Assembly (NCBI GenBank): GCA_963704165.1
Contig: CAVPHD010000005.1
Location: 64,001 to 128,000, forward strand
DNA from: an uncultured delta proteobacterium
GTDB lineage: Bacteria > Myxococcota_A > UBA9160 > SZUA-336
Length of the DNA: 64,000 bases
Direction: 5' to 3'
Within the stretch, counting starts at the first letter, position 1. Each line of letters opens with the position of its first letter. Position numbers and translations under genes: made by a program. This document shows, piece after piece, positions 40,367 through 48,657 of the stretch. Under the pieces are notes generated by a model that saw nothing but the letters and a program-made list of their open reading frames with translations, made no database searches and was not told the DNA's origin.

Positions 40367-41854
40367 ATGCCACTACCGAGCGTATTGGGCAGCGAGATCG
40401 AGTACGGGATCACCGTCCAGGGCGACCCGGACTTCGACCCGATCTCGAGCTGCGTTCTTCTGGTCAACGCGTATCAGGACAACGAGGAAGCCCGAATTCT
40501 CTGGGACTACGAGCAAGAGAACCCGCTGGCCGATGCGCGCGGCTTCCACGTCGAGGGCGAGAAGTACACGCCCAATCAGCAGGAGAACATCGCGCGCAAC
40601 AAGACGCTCCGGAACGGCGCGCGTTTCTACGTGGACCATGCGCACCCGGAGTACTCGACGCCCGAGGTCACGAACGTCCGCGACCTGATCGCGTTCGAAC
40701 GCGCCGGCGAACGTACGATGGAGGCAGCGCGGCGGGCGGCGACGGCACTGCTGCCGAGCGGCCAGACGGTGTTGATCCACAAGAACAACAGCGACCGCAA
40801 GGGAAACTCCTACGGCAATCACGAGAACTATCTGATCGAGCGCCGGACGCCGTTCCGCGAGATCGTCGAGCACATGACGCCGTTCCTGATCACGCGGAAC
40901 ATCTTCTGTGGCGCGGGCAAGGCCGGCAGCGAGAACCGCGCGCACCCGTGCGAGTATCAGATCAGCCAGCGCGCCGATTTCTTCGAGACCGAGGTCGCGC
41001 TCGACACGATGGTGAAGCGGCCGATCATCAACACGCGGGACGAACCTCACGCAGATCGCGAGAAGTACAGGCGCTTCCACGTGATCATCGGTGACTCGAA
41101 CTTGTGCGAGGTCTCGACCTATCTACGAATCGGGGTGACTGCGATCGTGCTCGGTCTCGTCGAGGACGGCGCGATTCCCAAGAGCCTCGCCGTGAACGAC
41201 CCCGTCAAGGTCGTCAAGGAAATCTCACACGACCTGGCGTGCAAGCGCGCGTACCCGATGGAGCGGGGTGGGCGCATGACCGCCGTCGAGGTTCAGAAGG
41301 AATACCTCGAGAACGCGTTGCGCTACTTCTCGTCGCGTGCGCTCGATCCGATCACGAAGGACGTCCTCGTCCGCTGGGAGCGAGTGCTGTCGCAGATCGC
41401 CGAAGACCCGTTCCAACTCGATCGCGAGGTCGATTGGGTGATCAAGCACAAGCTGATCAAGACCTACATGGGACGCCACGGCGTGGATTGGCACCATCCG
41501 CAGGTACACATGCTCGACCTGCAGTACCACGACGTGCGACCGGACAAGGGCCTCTACCACGTGCTCGAGCGACGCGGAGAAGTCGATCGCATCGTCGAGC
41601 CCGAGGCGATCGAGCGCGCTGTTCGAACGCCGCCGAGCGACACTCGCGCCTACTTCCGCGGCGAGTGCATCCGGCGCTACCCTGAACAGGTGTTCGGCGT
41701 GAACTGGGATTCGATATCGTTCAACGTGGGTGATGAGCCGATCAAGCGAATCCTCATGAACGAACCGCTCAAAGGCACGCGAGCGCACGTGGAAGAGCTG
41801 TTCGAGTCCAGTCCCACGGCCCAGGATCTTGTTCGCAATCTCACGGCGTCGTGA
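40367..41854 (+). CDS. dop: Depupylase/deamidase Dop
   Basis: 'GSEIEYGI', 'WDYEQENPLADARG', 'NGARFYVDHAHPEYSTPE', 'KNNSDRKGNSYGNHENY' and 'INTRDEPHAD'. Confidence 0.96.
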   Translation: MPLPSVLGSEIEYGITVQGDPDFDPISSCVLLVNAYQDNEEARILWDYEQENPLADARGFHVEGEKYTPNQQENIARNKTLRNGARFYVDHAHPEYSTPEVTNVRDLIAFERAGERTMEAARRAATALLPSGQTVLIHKNNSDRKGNSYGNHENYLIERRTPFREIVEHMTPFLITRNIFCGAGKAGSENRAHPCEYQISQRADFFETEVALDTMVKRPIINTRDEPHADREKYRRFHVIIGDSNLCEVSTYLRIGVTAIVLGLVEDGAIPKSLAVNDPVKVVKEISHDLACKRAYPMERGGRMTAVEVQKEYLENALRYFSSRALDPITKDVLVRWERVLSQIAEDPFQLDREVDWVIKHKLIKTYMGRHGVDWHHPQVHMLDLQYHDVRPDKGLYHVLERRGEVDRIVEPEAIERAVRTPPSDTRAYFRGECIRRYPEQVFGVNWDSISFNVGDEPIKRILMNEPLKGTRAHVEELFESSPTAQDLVRNLTAS

Positions 41855-41869
41855 GCTAGGGAGAGAGGC

Positions 41870-42127
41870 ATGAAGATCTTCAGACACGAAACGCGGCCGG
41901 CCGTCGGCATCTGGGGCGCGGCTGGCGACCAGACGCAGAAGCAGAAGCCGGGCTCCGGCGATTCGGGCAGCACTCCTTCCTCGGACGCAGGCGGGCAGAA
42001 GAAGCTCGCGAAGAAGGGCGAGGAGCTCAAAGAGGAGATGGACAATCTGATCGACGAGATCGACGAGGTCCTCGAGGCGAATGCCGAGGAGTTCGTGAAG
42101 AACTACGTTCAGCGCGGCGGCGAGTAG
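41870..42127 (+). CDS. pup: Prokaryotic ubiquitin-like protein Pup
   Basis: 'LIDEIDEVLEANAEEFVKNYVQRGGE' C-terminus; lies between dop and prcB. Confidence 0.96.
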   Translation: MKIFRHETRPAVGIWGAAGDQTQKQKPGSGDSGSTPSSDAGGQKKLAKKGEELKEEMDNLIDEIDEVLEANAEEFVKNYVQRGGE

Positions 42128-42131
42128 CCCG

Positions 42132-42914
42132 GTGTTCAAAGGTCAGACCTACGCCGGCGACAGCTTCTTCGAGTTCCTGCGCGTCGATCATCCCGGACTC
42201 CTGCCGGACTGGACGCACATGGATTGGACCCACGTCTCCTTGCTTCACGGCACGACGGTGCTCGCGATCGTGTGCAAGGAAGGCGCGCTCATGGCAGGTG
42301 ACAGGCTGGCGACCGAGGGACACCAGGTCGGGACGCGAGATCTCGAGAAGGTCTTCCGAATCGACGACTCGAGCCTGATGGCAATCGCCGGAGCCGCGGG
42401 CCCCGCGATCGAGATGGTCCGCATGTTCCAGCTCGAACTCGAGCACTTCGAGAAGCTGGATGGACAGCCGCTGAGCTTCGAAGGCAAGGCGAATCGGCTC
42501 TCGTTCCTGCTCCGTCAGAACCTGCCGGCCGCGATGCAGGGACTGGTGGTGATGCCGATCTTCGCCGGCTTCGACCACGACAAGGGACGCGGCCGAATCT
42601 ACAAGTTCGACATCACGGGCGGACGCTTCCGCGAGGCCGACTATTACTCGACGGGCTCCGGCGGAAAGGATGCGCGGAGTTCGCTCAAGCGGATCGTGCG
42701 CCACGAAGATCTCTCGCGTGAAGAGGCGATCCGCGCCGCCATCGAGGCTCTGGTCGACGCCGCCGACGAGGATCGCGCCACGGGTGGTATCGACGTCGTG
42801 CGCGGCATCTTCCCGACCGTGAAGCTGGCCACGCGATCTGGCGTCGAGGACGTACAGGACGACGAGTTGCGTCGGATCTACGAGGCGATCGCAGCCGAGA
42901 GACGAGCGGCCTGA
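42132..42914 (+). CDS. prcB: 20S proteasome beta subunit
   Basis: Propeptide followed by the HG/TTVLA autocleavage site, 'AGDRLAT', 'AIAGAAG', 'TGSGG' and 'DAADEDRATGG'. Confidence 0.97.
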   Translation: MFKGQTYAGDSFFEFLRVDHPGLLPDWTHMDWTHVSLLHGTTVLAIVCKEGALMAGDRLATEGHQVGTRDLEKVFRIDDSSLMAIAGAAGPAIEMVRMFQLELEHFEKLDGQPLSFEGKANRLSFLLRQNLPAAMQGLVVMPIFAGFDHDKGRGRIYKFDITGGRFREADYYSTGSGGKDARSSLKRIVRHEDLSREEAIRAAIEALVDAADEDRATGGIDVVRGIFPTVKLATRSGVEDVQDDELRRIYEAIAAERRAA

Positions 42915-43603
42915 TGAGCACGCCCTTCTACGTTTCGCCGGAGCAGTGGTACCAGGACAAGGCCGAGTACGCGCGCAAGGGAATCGCGCGTGGCCGGCCG
43001 ATCGTCGCGCTCGAGTACGAGTCGGGCATCGTCATGATGGCCGAGAATCGCAGTGCGACGCTGCGCAAGATCTCCGAGATCTACGATCGCATCGCGTTCG
43101 GCGGGGTCGGAAAGCTCGACGAGTACGAGACCCTGAGGAAGTCGGGTGTGCGCTACGCCGACATGCGCGGTTACTCGTTCTCGCGCGAGGACGTCGCGGG
43201 GAAGAGCCTGGCGAACGAATACTCCAATGTCCTCGGCTCGGTCTTCACGCGCGAGATGAAGCCGCTCGAGGTCGAGATCCTCGTCGTCGAGATCAAGGAA
43301 CCCGGAAGCGCCCTCTATCAGATCCGCTACGACGGCAGCATGTCCGACATGACGCACTTCGCGACGATCGGAGGCGACGGCGACAAGCTCGGCGACGTGA
43401 TCCGGGCCGGCTGGAAGCCCGGATTGCCGCTCACCGACGCGGCGAAGCTCGCTCGGCGTGCGCTCGCTGGTTCGGGGAACTCGGGATCCATCGATGACCT
43501 CGACGAGAAGAGCCTCGAGATCGCGATCCTCGACCGCGCGCGCACAGGACGTACCTTCAGGCGGATCGTGGGCGAGGAGGCCAAGGCTCTCCTCCGAGAA
43601 TGA
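42914..43603 (+). CDS. prcA: 20S proteasome alpha subunit
   Basis: 'PFYVSPEQ..DKAEYARKGIARGR', 'KISEIYDRIAF' and 'KPLEVE'. Confidence 0.97.
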   Translation: MSTPFYVSPEQWYQDKAEYARKGIARGRPIVALEYESGIVMMAENRSATLRKISEIYDRIAFGGVGKLDEYETLRKSGVRYADMRGYSFSREDVAGKSLANEYSNVLGSVFTREMKPLEVEILVVEIKEPGSALYQIRYDGSMSDMTHFATIGGDGDKLGDVIRAGWKPGLPLTDAAKLARRALAGSGNSGSIDDLDEKSLEIAILDRARTGRTFRRIVGEEAKALLRE

Positions 43604-43617
43604 TCGGCGGGAACTAA

Positions 43618-45024
43618 GTGCAGAAGCGGATCTACGGTCTCGAGACGGAGTACGGGATCATATTCACGCCGGAGGGTCGCAAGACGCTGCCGGTCGAGAA
43701 GGCGATTCGCTTTCTGTTCGAGAAGCTGATCACGACCGAGCATTTCCTGAACGTGTTCTTGGAGAACGGCGCGCGCTTCTACCAGGACACCGGTTGTCAT
43801 CCGGAGTACGCGACGCCCGAATGCGCGAGCCCGAGAGATCTCGTGATCTTCGATCGAGCCGGCGAGCGCATCCTCGAGGACCTGCAGCTATACGCGGAAG
43901 AGAAGATCCGCGAAGAGCGCGTTCCGGGCAAGCTCTCGATCTTCAAGAACAACACCGACTTCGTCGGCAACTCCTATGGTTGTCACGAGAACTACCTGGT
44001 CGACCGCGACGTCGATTTCTACTACCTGGCCGAGCAGCTGATCCCGTTCCTGGTGACGCGTCAGATCTTCAGCGGCGCGGGAAAGGTCTTCCAGACGCAG
44101 GACGGGGTGCACTACTGCATCAGTCAGCGCGCGCAGCACATCTACCAGAAGATCTCGGGCACGACGACGAACGACCGCTCGATCATCAACACACGCGACG
44201 AGCCCCACGCCGACCGGGAGAAGTACCGCCGTCTTCACGTCATCGTCGGCGACTCGAACATGAGCGAGTACACGAACTTCGTGAAGATCGCGACCGCCGC
44301 GGTCGTGCTGCAGATGATCGAGGATGGCTTCATCAACAAGGACTTCACGCTCCGACACCCCGTGAAGGCGATCAAGGACATCTCGTACGACACGACCTGC
44401 AAGCGCAAGCTCCGTCTCGAGAACGGGCGCGAGTACTCACCGATCGAGATTCAGCGCGAGTACTGCGAGATGGCGCAGCGCTACATAGAGCAGTTCCCGG
44501 TCAGCGATCAGCTTCGCGAGGGTGTTCGCGAATGGCAGTACATCCTCGACTGCCTCGACAGTGATCCCGAGAAGCTCGACCGGAAGATCGATTGGATCAT
44601 CAAGCGGAAGGTGCTTCGCGGGTACATCGAGAAGCACCAGATCTCCTGGCACGACCCGCGGGTGTTCATGATCGACCTGCAGTTCCACGACCTGCGCCGT
44701 GACCGGGGCTTCTTCTACATGCTGGAGCGCAACGATCACGTCGATCGGCTCTATACCGACTCGGAGATCGAGAAGGCCAAGACCGAGCCGCCTCAGGACA
44801 CGCGCGCGCGAATGCGCGGTGACTTCATCAAGCTGGCCCGGCAGAACAACATCCAGTACGACCTCGACTGGTCGAACATCCGGCTCGGAAACCTTCTGAA
44901 CGTTCGCGTGATCTGCAACAACCCGTTCGAGACCGACACCGAGAAAGTCACGGAGCTCGTTCGCACGATCCAGAAGACGAACCTGCGCCGCACCTCGCTT
45001 TCCAAACTCGTGATTCAGAGCTGA
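43618..45024 (+). CDS. pafA: Pup-protein ligase PafA
   Basis: 'RIYGLETEYG', 'FLENGARFYQDTGCHPEYATPEC', 'FKNNTD..GNSYGCHENY' and 'PPQDTRARMRGDFI'. Confidence 0.96.
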   Translation: MQKRIYGLETEYGIIFTPEGRKTLPVEKAIRFLFEKLITTEHFLNVFLENGARFYQDTGCHPEYATPECASPRDLVIFDRAGERILEDLQLYAEEKIREERVPGKLSIFKNNTDFVGNSYGCHENYLVDRDVDFYYLAEQLIPFLVTRQIFSGAGKVFQTQDGVHYCISQRAQHIYQKISGTTTNDRSIINTRDEPHADREKYRRLHVIVGDSNMSEYTNFVKIATAAVVLQMIEDGFINKDFTLRHPVKAIKDISYDTTCKRKLRLENGREYSPIEIQREYCEMAQRYIEQFPVSDQLREGVREWQYILDCLDSDPEKLDRKIDWIIKRKVLRGYIEKHQISWHDPRVFMIDLQFHDLRRDRGFFYMLERNDHVDRLYTDSEIEKAKTEPPQDTRARMRGDFIKLARQNNIQYDLDWSNIRLGNLLNVRVICNNPFETDTEKVTELVRTIQKTNLRRTSLSKLVIQS

Positions 45025-45028
45025 CCCA

Positions 45029-45403
45029 ATGGACCAGGAACCCAAGCTTCGATCCGTTCCACCCGGCGCGCCCTCGGGGCCCGCGACCCGCCGCGATCCG
45101 CTCGCACGATCCGAGCCAGATCCGCCACGGAATCGCACGCAGCTCGTGCTGGCCACCGCGCTCGCGCTCGCGCTCGTCCTGTTGGTCTGGAGCTACTTCT
45201 CGCTCGGTTCGCGCATCGACTCGCTCGAAGGCGAAGCGCAGGTTCTGCGCGCGGCCGTCGCCGAACGGGATGAGCTGATCAACGCCCAGCGCAACCGTCT
45301 CGACGAGGTTCGTGGCCGCGTGAAGGAGTTGCTCCAGATCGTCGAGCAACCCGTGACCGGCGAGCCCGCGCCCGCCCCTGAAGCGACCCCCGCGAACCCG
45401 TAA
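45029..45403 (+). CDS. Small single-pass membrane protein with coiled coil
   Basis: Starts 4 bp after the pafA stop. One TM helix (LVLATALALALVLLVWSYF) followed by a heptad-rich segment. Confidence 0.75.
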   Translation: MDQEPKLRSVPPGAPSGPATRRDPLARSEPDPPRNRTQLVLATALALALVLLVWSYFSLGSRIDSLEGEAQVLRAAVAERDELINAQRNRLDEVRGRVKELLQIVEQPVTGEPAPAPEATPANP

Positions 45404-45505
45404 CCCGCAGCTGAACCCGGCGCGCGCACTCAGGGTCCGGTGCCTTCTTGCCGATGAAGGAGGAGGCATGGGGCGCGGTCCCCCTCGAGATTCGGAGCCG
45501 ACACG

Positions 45506-46540
45506 ATGTACAGGTGGCTTGCTGGGCTGCTCTCGAACGATCTCGCCATCGATCTCGGGACGGCCAATGTGCTCGTCTACGTCAAAGGTCGCGGGATCAT
45601 CTGCAGTGAACCGTCGGTCGTAGCCGTTGCGGACGGGCCGAACGGGACCCGAAAGGTCCTCGCTGTTGGCACCGAGGCCAAAGAAATGATCGGCCGTACG
45701 CCAGGCTCGATCCGTGCGATCCGCCCGATCCAGGACGGCGTCATCGCCGACTTCGAGGTCACGGAGGCGATGCTCCGATACTTCATCCAGAAGGCCCACA
45801 ATCGTCGGCGCCTGGTCCGCCCGCGGATCGTGATCTGCGTTCCGCCGTGCATCACCTCCGTCGAGAAACGCGCCGTGCGCGAATCGGCGATGTCCGCGGG
45901 CGCGCGCGAGGTCTACCTGATGGAAGAGCCGATGGCAGCGGCGATCGGCGCGGGTCTGAACGTCACCGAGCCGACCGGGAACATGGTGATCGACATCGGC
46001 GGCGGCACGACCGACGTGGCCGTGATCTCGATGGCCGGGATCGTCACGTCGAGCTCCGTGCGCGTCGGTGGCGACAAGCTCGACGAAGCGATCATCCACT
46101 ACGTCAAGCGCAAGCACAATCTCCTCGTCGGCGAGCGAACGGCCGAGATCATCAAGATCACGATCGGCACCGCGATGGCTACCGGCCCGACGAAGACCAT
46201 GGAGATCAAGGGCCGCGACCTCGTCGCCGGCATCCCGAAGATGATCGTGCTCTCGAGTGACGAGGTGCGTGAAGCGCTCTCCGAGCCGATCCATCAGATC
46301 ATCGACACGGTCCTGCAGACGCTCGAACGCACGCCGCCCGAGCTCGCCGCCGACATCGTCGATCGGGGAATCGTTCTCGTGGGCGGTGGCGCGCTTCTGC
46401 GCGACTTCGATCAGCTTCTGCGCCAGGAGACGAAGCTGCCGATCGTGCGCAGCGACGATCCGTTCACTGCCGTCGCGGCGGGCGCGGGAAAGGCGCTGGA
46501 CAACATCGGCCTTCTGCGCGAAGTCGCGATGGCCTACTGA
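45506..46540 (+). CDS. mreB: Actin-like rod-shape protein MreB
   Basis: 'IDLGTAN', 'EPSVVA', 'GRTPG', 'EEPMAAAIGAG', 'DIGGGTTD' and 'GGGALL'. Confidence 0.97.
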   Translation: MYRWLAGLLSNDLAIDLGTANVLVYVKGRGIICSEPSVVAVADGPNGTRKVLAVGTEAKEMIGRTPGSIRAIRPIQDGVIADFEVTEAMLRYFIQKAHNRRRLVRPRIVICVPPCITSVEKRAVRESAMSAGAREVYLMEEPMAAAIGAGLNVTEPTGNMVIDIGGGTTDVAVISMAGIVTSSSVRVGGDKLDEAIIHYVKRKHNLLVGERTAEIIKITIGTAMATGPTKTMEIKGRDLVAGIPKMIVLSSDEVREALSEPIHQIIDTVLQTLERTPPELAADIVDRGIVLVGGGALLRDFDQLLRQETKLPIVRSDDPFTAVAAGAGKALDNIGLLREVAMAY

Positions 46541-46542
46541 CG

Positions 46543-47145
46543 CTATTCGGGCGTCATGATGGCCATCGCCATCTTCATCGGCACTTCGACGTCGCCGCCG
46601 AGCTCGAGCTTCCCCGTCATGAATGCGCCCTGAAGGTCGATCTCGCCGCTGAGCAGCTGGCCGAACTCTACGTCCCCGATCGAGACCTTCGTCGTGGATT
46701 TCGGCACCGGGGGCGCGCCGAAATGCAGCACGACACCCCAGTCCGCTTCGCTCTTCACTTCGAGCTGGAGCGTACCCCCGACCTCACGAAGCGCGGCGAC
46801 GCGCGCTGGCGTGAGCACGAAATCGGGATTCCCGCCGACCCCGCCGAGTAGCGCCATCGGCGACGGGCCGACGGTCGCCTCGAGCCGGCTGCAGTCCGAT
46901 TCCGAGAGGGCGAGCGTCACGAGCGGATCTGCGTGGACCGTCTCGGCGCAGCGCATTTCACCGTGCTCGACCACGAGGTGGAAGCGGCCGCTGGCGCCGA
47001 CCTCGACCTCGAGCGCGAAATCCGCGGCGCGCATCTTCGCGAGCAGTTCCGCGCCATCCGCGCCACGTGCGACCTGAGCCGCGAGGCGCTGGTTCCAAGC
47101 TGCGGGTACCTCTTTTCCGAAATACTCAGCGGCGCTGGCCATCAT
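46543..47145 (-). CDS. Tandem SCP2 sterol/lipid-binding domain protein
   Basis: C-terminal 'LSGEIDLQGAFMTGKLELGGD' is typical of SCP2; the N-terminal half looks like a degenerate second copy. Confidence 0.7.
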   Translation of the reverse strand: MMASAAEYFGKEVPAAWNQRLAAQVARGADGAELLAKMRAADFALEVEVGASGRFHLVVEHGEMRCAETVHADPLVTLALSESDCSRLEATVGPSPMALLGGVGGNPDFVLTPARVAALREVGGTLQLEVKSEADWGVVLHFGAPPVPKSTTKVSIGDVEFGQLLSGEIDLQGAFMTGKLELGGDVEVPMKMAMAIMTPE

Positions 47146-48199
47146 CGCTCCTCACCAGATTCCTCCGGCGTTTGCTCTGATACCGTTTTACCGCGGCGTT
47201 GTGGTCGGTCAAGTTGGTCGAGAACACGTGCGAACCGTCGTTTCGCGCCACGAAATACAGATAGGGCACGTCCGCGGGGAAGAGCACCGCCCGGATCGCC
47301 TCGATCGATGGACTCGCGATCGGGCTCGGTGGCAACCCCGTGCGCGTGTACGTGTTCCAGGCGTTGTCCTCGCGAAGATCACGACTGCGGATGTCGCCGT
47401 CGAACGACCCGCGCGTCTGCACGATTCCGTAGATGACCGTCGGATCGGACTGAAGTCGCATTCCGATCCGCAATCGATTGCGATACACGCCCGCGATCAG
47501 CGGGCGTTCGTCGGCCCGTGCGGATTCCTTCTCGACGATCGACGCCAGCGTCACGACCTGATCGAGCGTGAAACCGGAGCTCGCGATCGACTCCAGATCC
47601 TCCGGCGTGAGCCGCTTGCGGAACTCCGCGAGCATGCGCTCGAGAACGTCCTCGGGCGGAGTGTGCCGTCGGAAGCGGTAGGTTTCGGGATAGGCGTAGC
47701 CCTCTAGCGATTTCGCCTGCAGCCCGAGCCCGCTCGCGAAGCTCGGGTCGCGCGCCAGCGCGAGAAAGGCCGTACCATCGGTGATGTCCGCGTTGCCGAG
47801 GCGCAGCGCGATCTCGTCGAGGCGCAGGCCCTCGGGCAACGTGACCTCGTGCATCTTGACCTTGCCGCGCACGATCCTGTCGAGGATCTCGATGGGGGTC
47901 ATGGCGGCCGAGAGTTCGTACTCGCCGCTCTTGATCGCGCGGTCCTTGCCGCTGAGGCGCGCATAGACGACGAGTGCGCGCGGGCCGAACAGGGCGCGTT
48001 TCGGGAGCAACTGCGCTTCGGCGAGGCGCTTCGCGATCGGCGCGAGCGACTCGCCGGGCGCAACCCAGAAGATGGTGTTGCCAGCGGCGGGATCGGCGGG
48101 CTCGCGCAGCCCCGAGGCGACGAACCCGAGCGCGATCGAGACGGCGATGGCCATCGCGCCGACGACCGCGATGGCGGCGAGGGCGGGCTTCCGCCTCAT
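47126..48199 (-). CDS. mltG: Endolytic transglycosylase MltG
   Basis: 'TLPEG', 'LEGYAYPETY', 'LASIVEKE', 'LQSDPTVIYG' and 'NTY..GLPPSPI'. Confidence 0.95.
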   Translation of the reverse strand: MRRKPALAAIAVVGAMAIAVSIALGFVASGLREPADPAAGNTIFWVAPGESLAPIAKRLAEAQLLPKRALFGPRALVVYARLSGKDRAIKSGEYELSAAMTPIEILDRIVRGKVKMHEVTLPEGLRLDEIALRLGNADITDGTAFLALARDPSFASGLGLQAKSLEGYAYPETYRFRRHTPPEDVLERMLAEFRKRLTPEDLESIASSGFTLDQVVTLASIVEKESARADERPLIAGVYRNRLRIGMRLQSDPTVIYGIVQTRGSFDGDIRSRDLREDNAWNTYTRTGLPPSPIASPSIEAIRAVLFPADVPYLYFVARNDGSHVFSTNLTDHNAAVKRYQSKRRRNLVRSDDGQRR

Positions 48200-48612
48200 C
48201 GACGCTGGCGTTCCAGCCAGGTGCTGAGGAGAAGCGAGGCGGCGATCGGATCCACGCGTCCGCGCTGCTTCTTCCGGGAGACACCGGAGTCGTCGAGCAT
48301 CCGCTCCGCCTCGCGCGAGGTCCAGCGCTCGTCCAGATACTCGACCGGAACACCCGTGCGCTTTCTCACGCGCTCGCCGAACGCATTCGTGCGCTCGACT
48401 TCCGGGCCGGCGCGGCCGTCCATGTGCAGCGGCAGGCCGATCACGATCTGACCGACTTCACGCGTCGCCACGATCTCCGCGATTCGAGACAGCGCCGCGG
48501 CATCGCCGCGCTTGGTCACGATCGTCTCGAGCGGCTGGGCGAGCATGCCCAGCGAGTCGCTGATCGCGACACCGATGCGGGCTTCGCCGTAGTCGAGAGC
48601 CAGGGTGCGCAC
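48196..48612 (-). CDS. ruvX: RuvX/YqgF nuclease
   Basis: 'LALDYGEARIGVAISD', 'IGLP' and 'DERWTS'. Confidence 0.95.
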   Translation of the reverse strand: MRTLALDYGEARIGVAISDSLGMLAQPLETIVTKRGDAAALSRIAEIVATREVGQIVIGLPLHMDGRAGPEVERTNAFGERVRKRTGVPVEYLDERWTSREAERMLDDSGVSRKKQRGRVDPIAASLLLSTWLERQRR

Positions 48613-48657
48613 CTCCAGATCATAGCCGCGATCCGAGCGTGGCCCTTGCGACCCTCG

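Noticed and set aside
41870..42127. UBact rather than Pup
   Set aside because: The C-terminus has the Pup signature DEIDxVLExNAEEFVxxYVQxGGE, not the shorter UBact-type R(S/T)GE ending.
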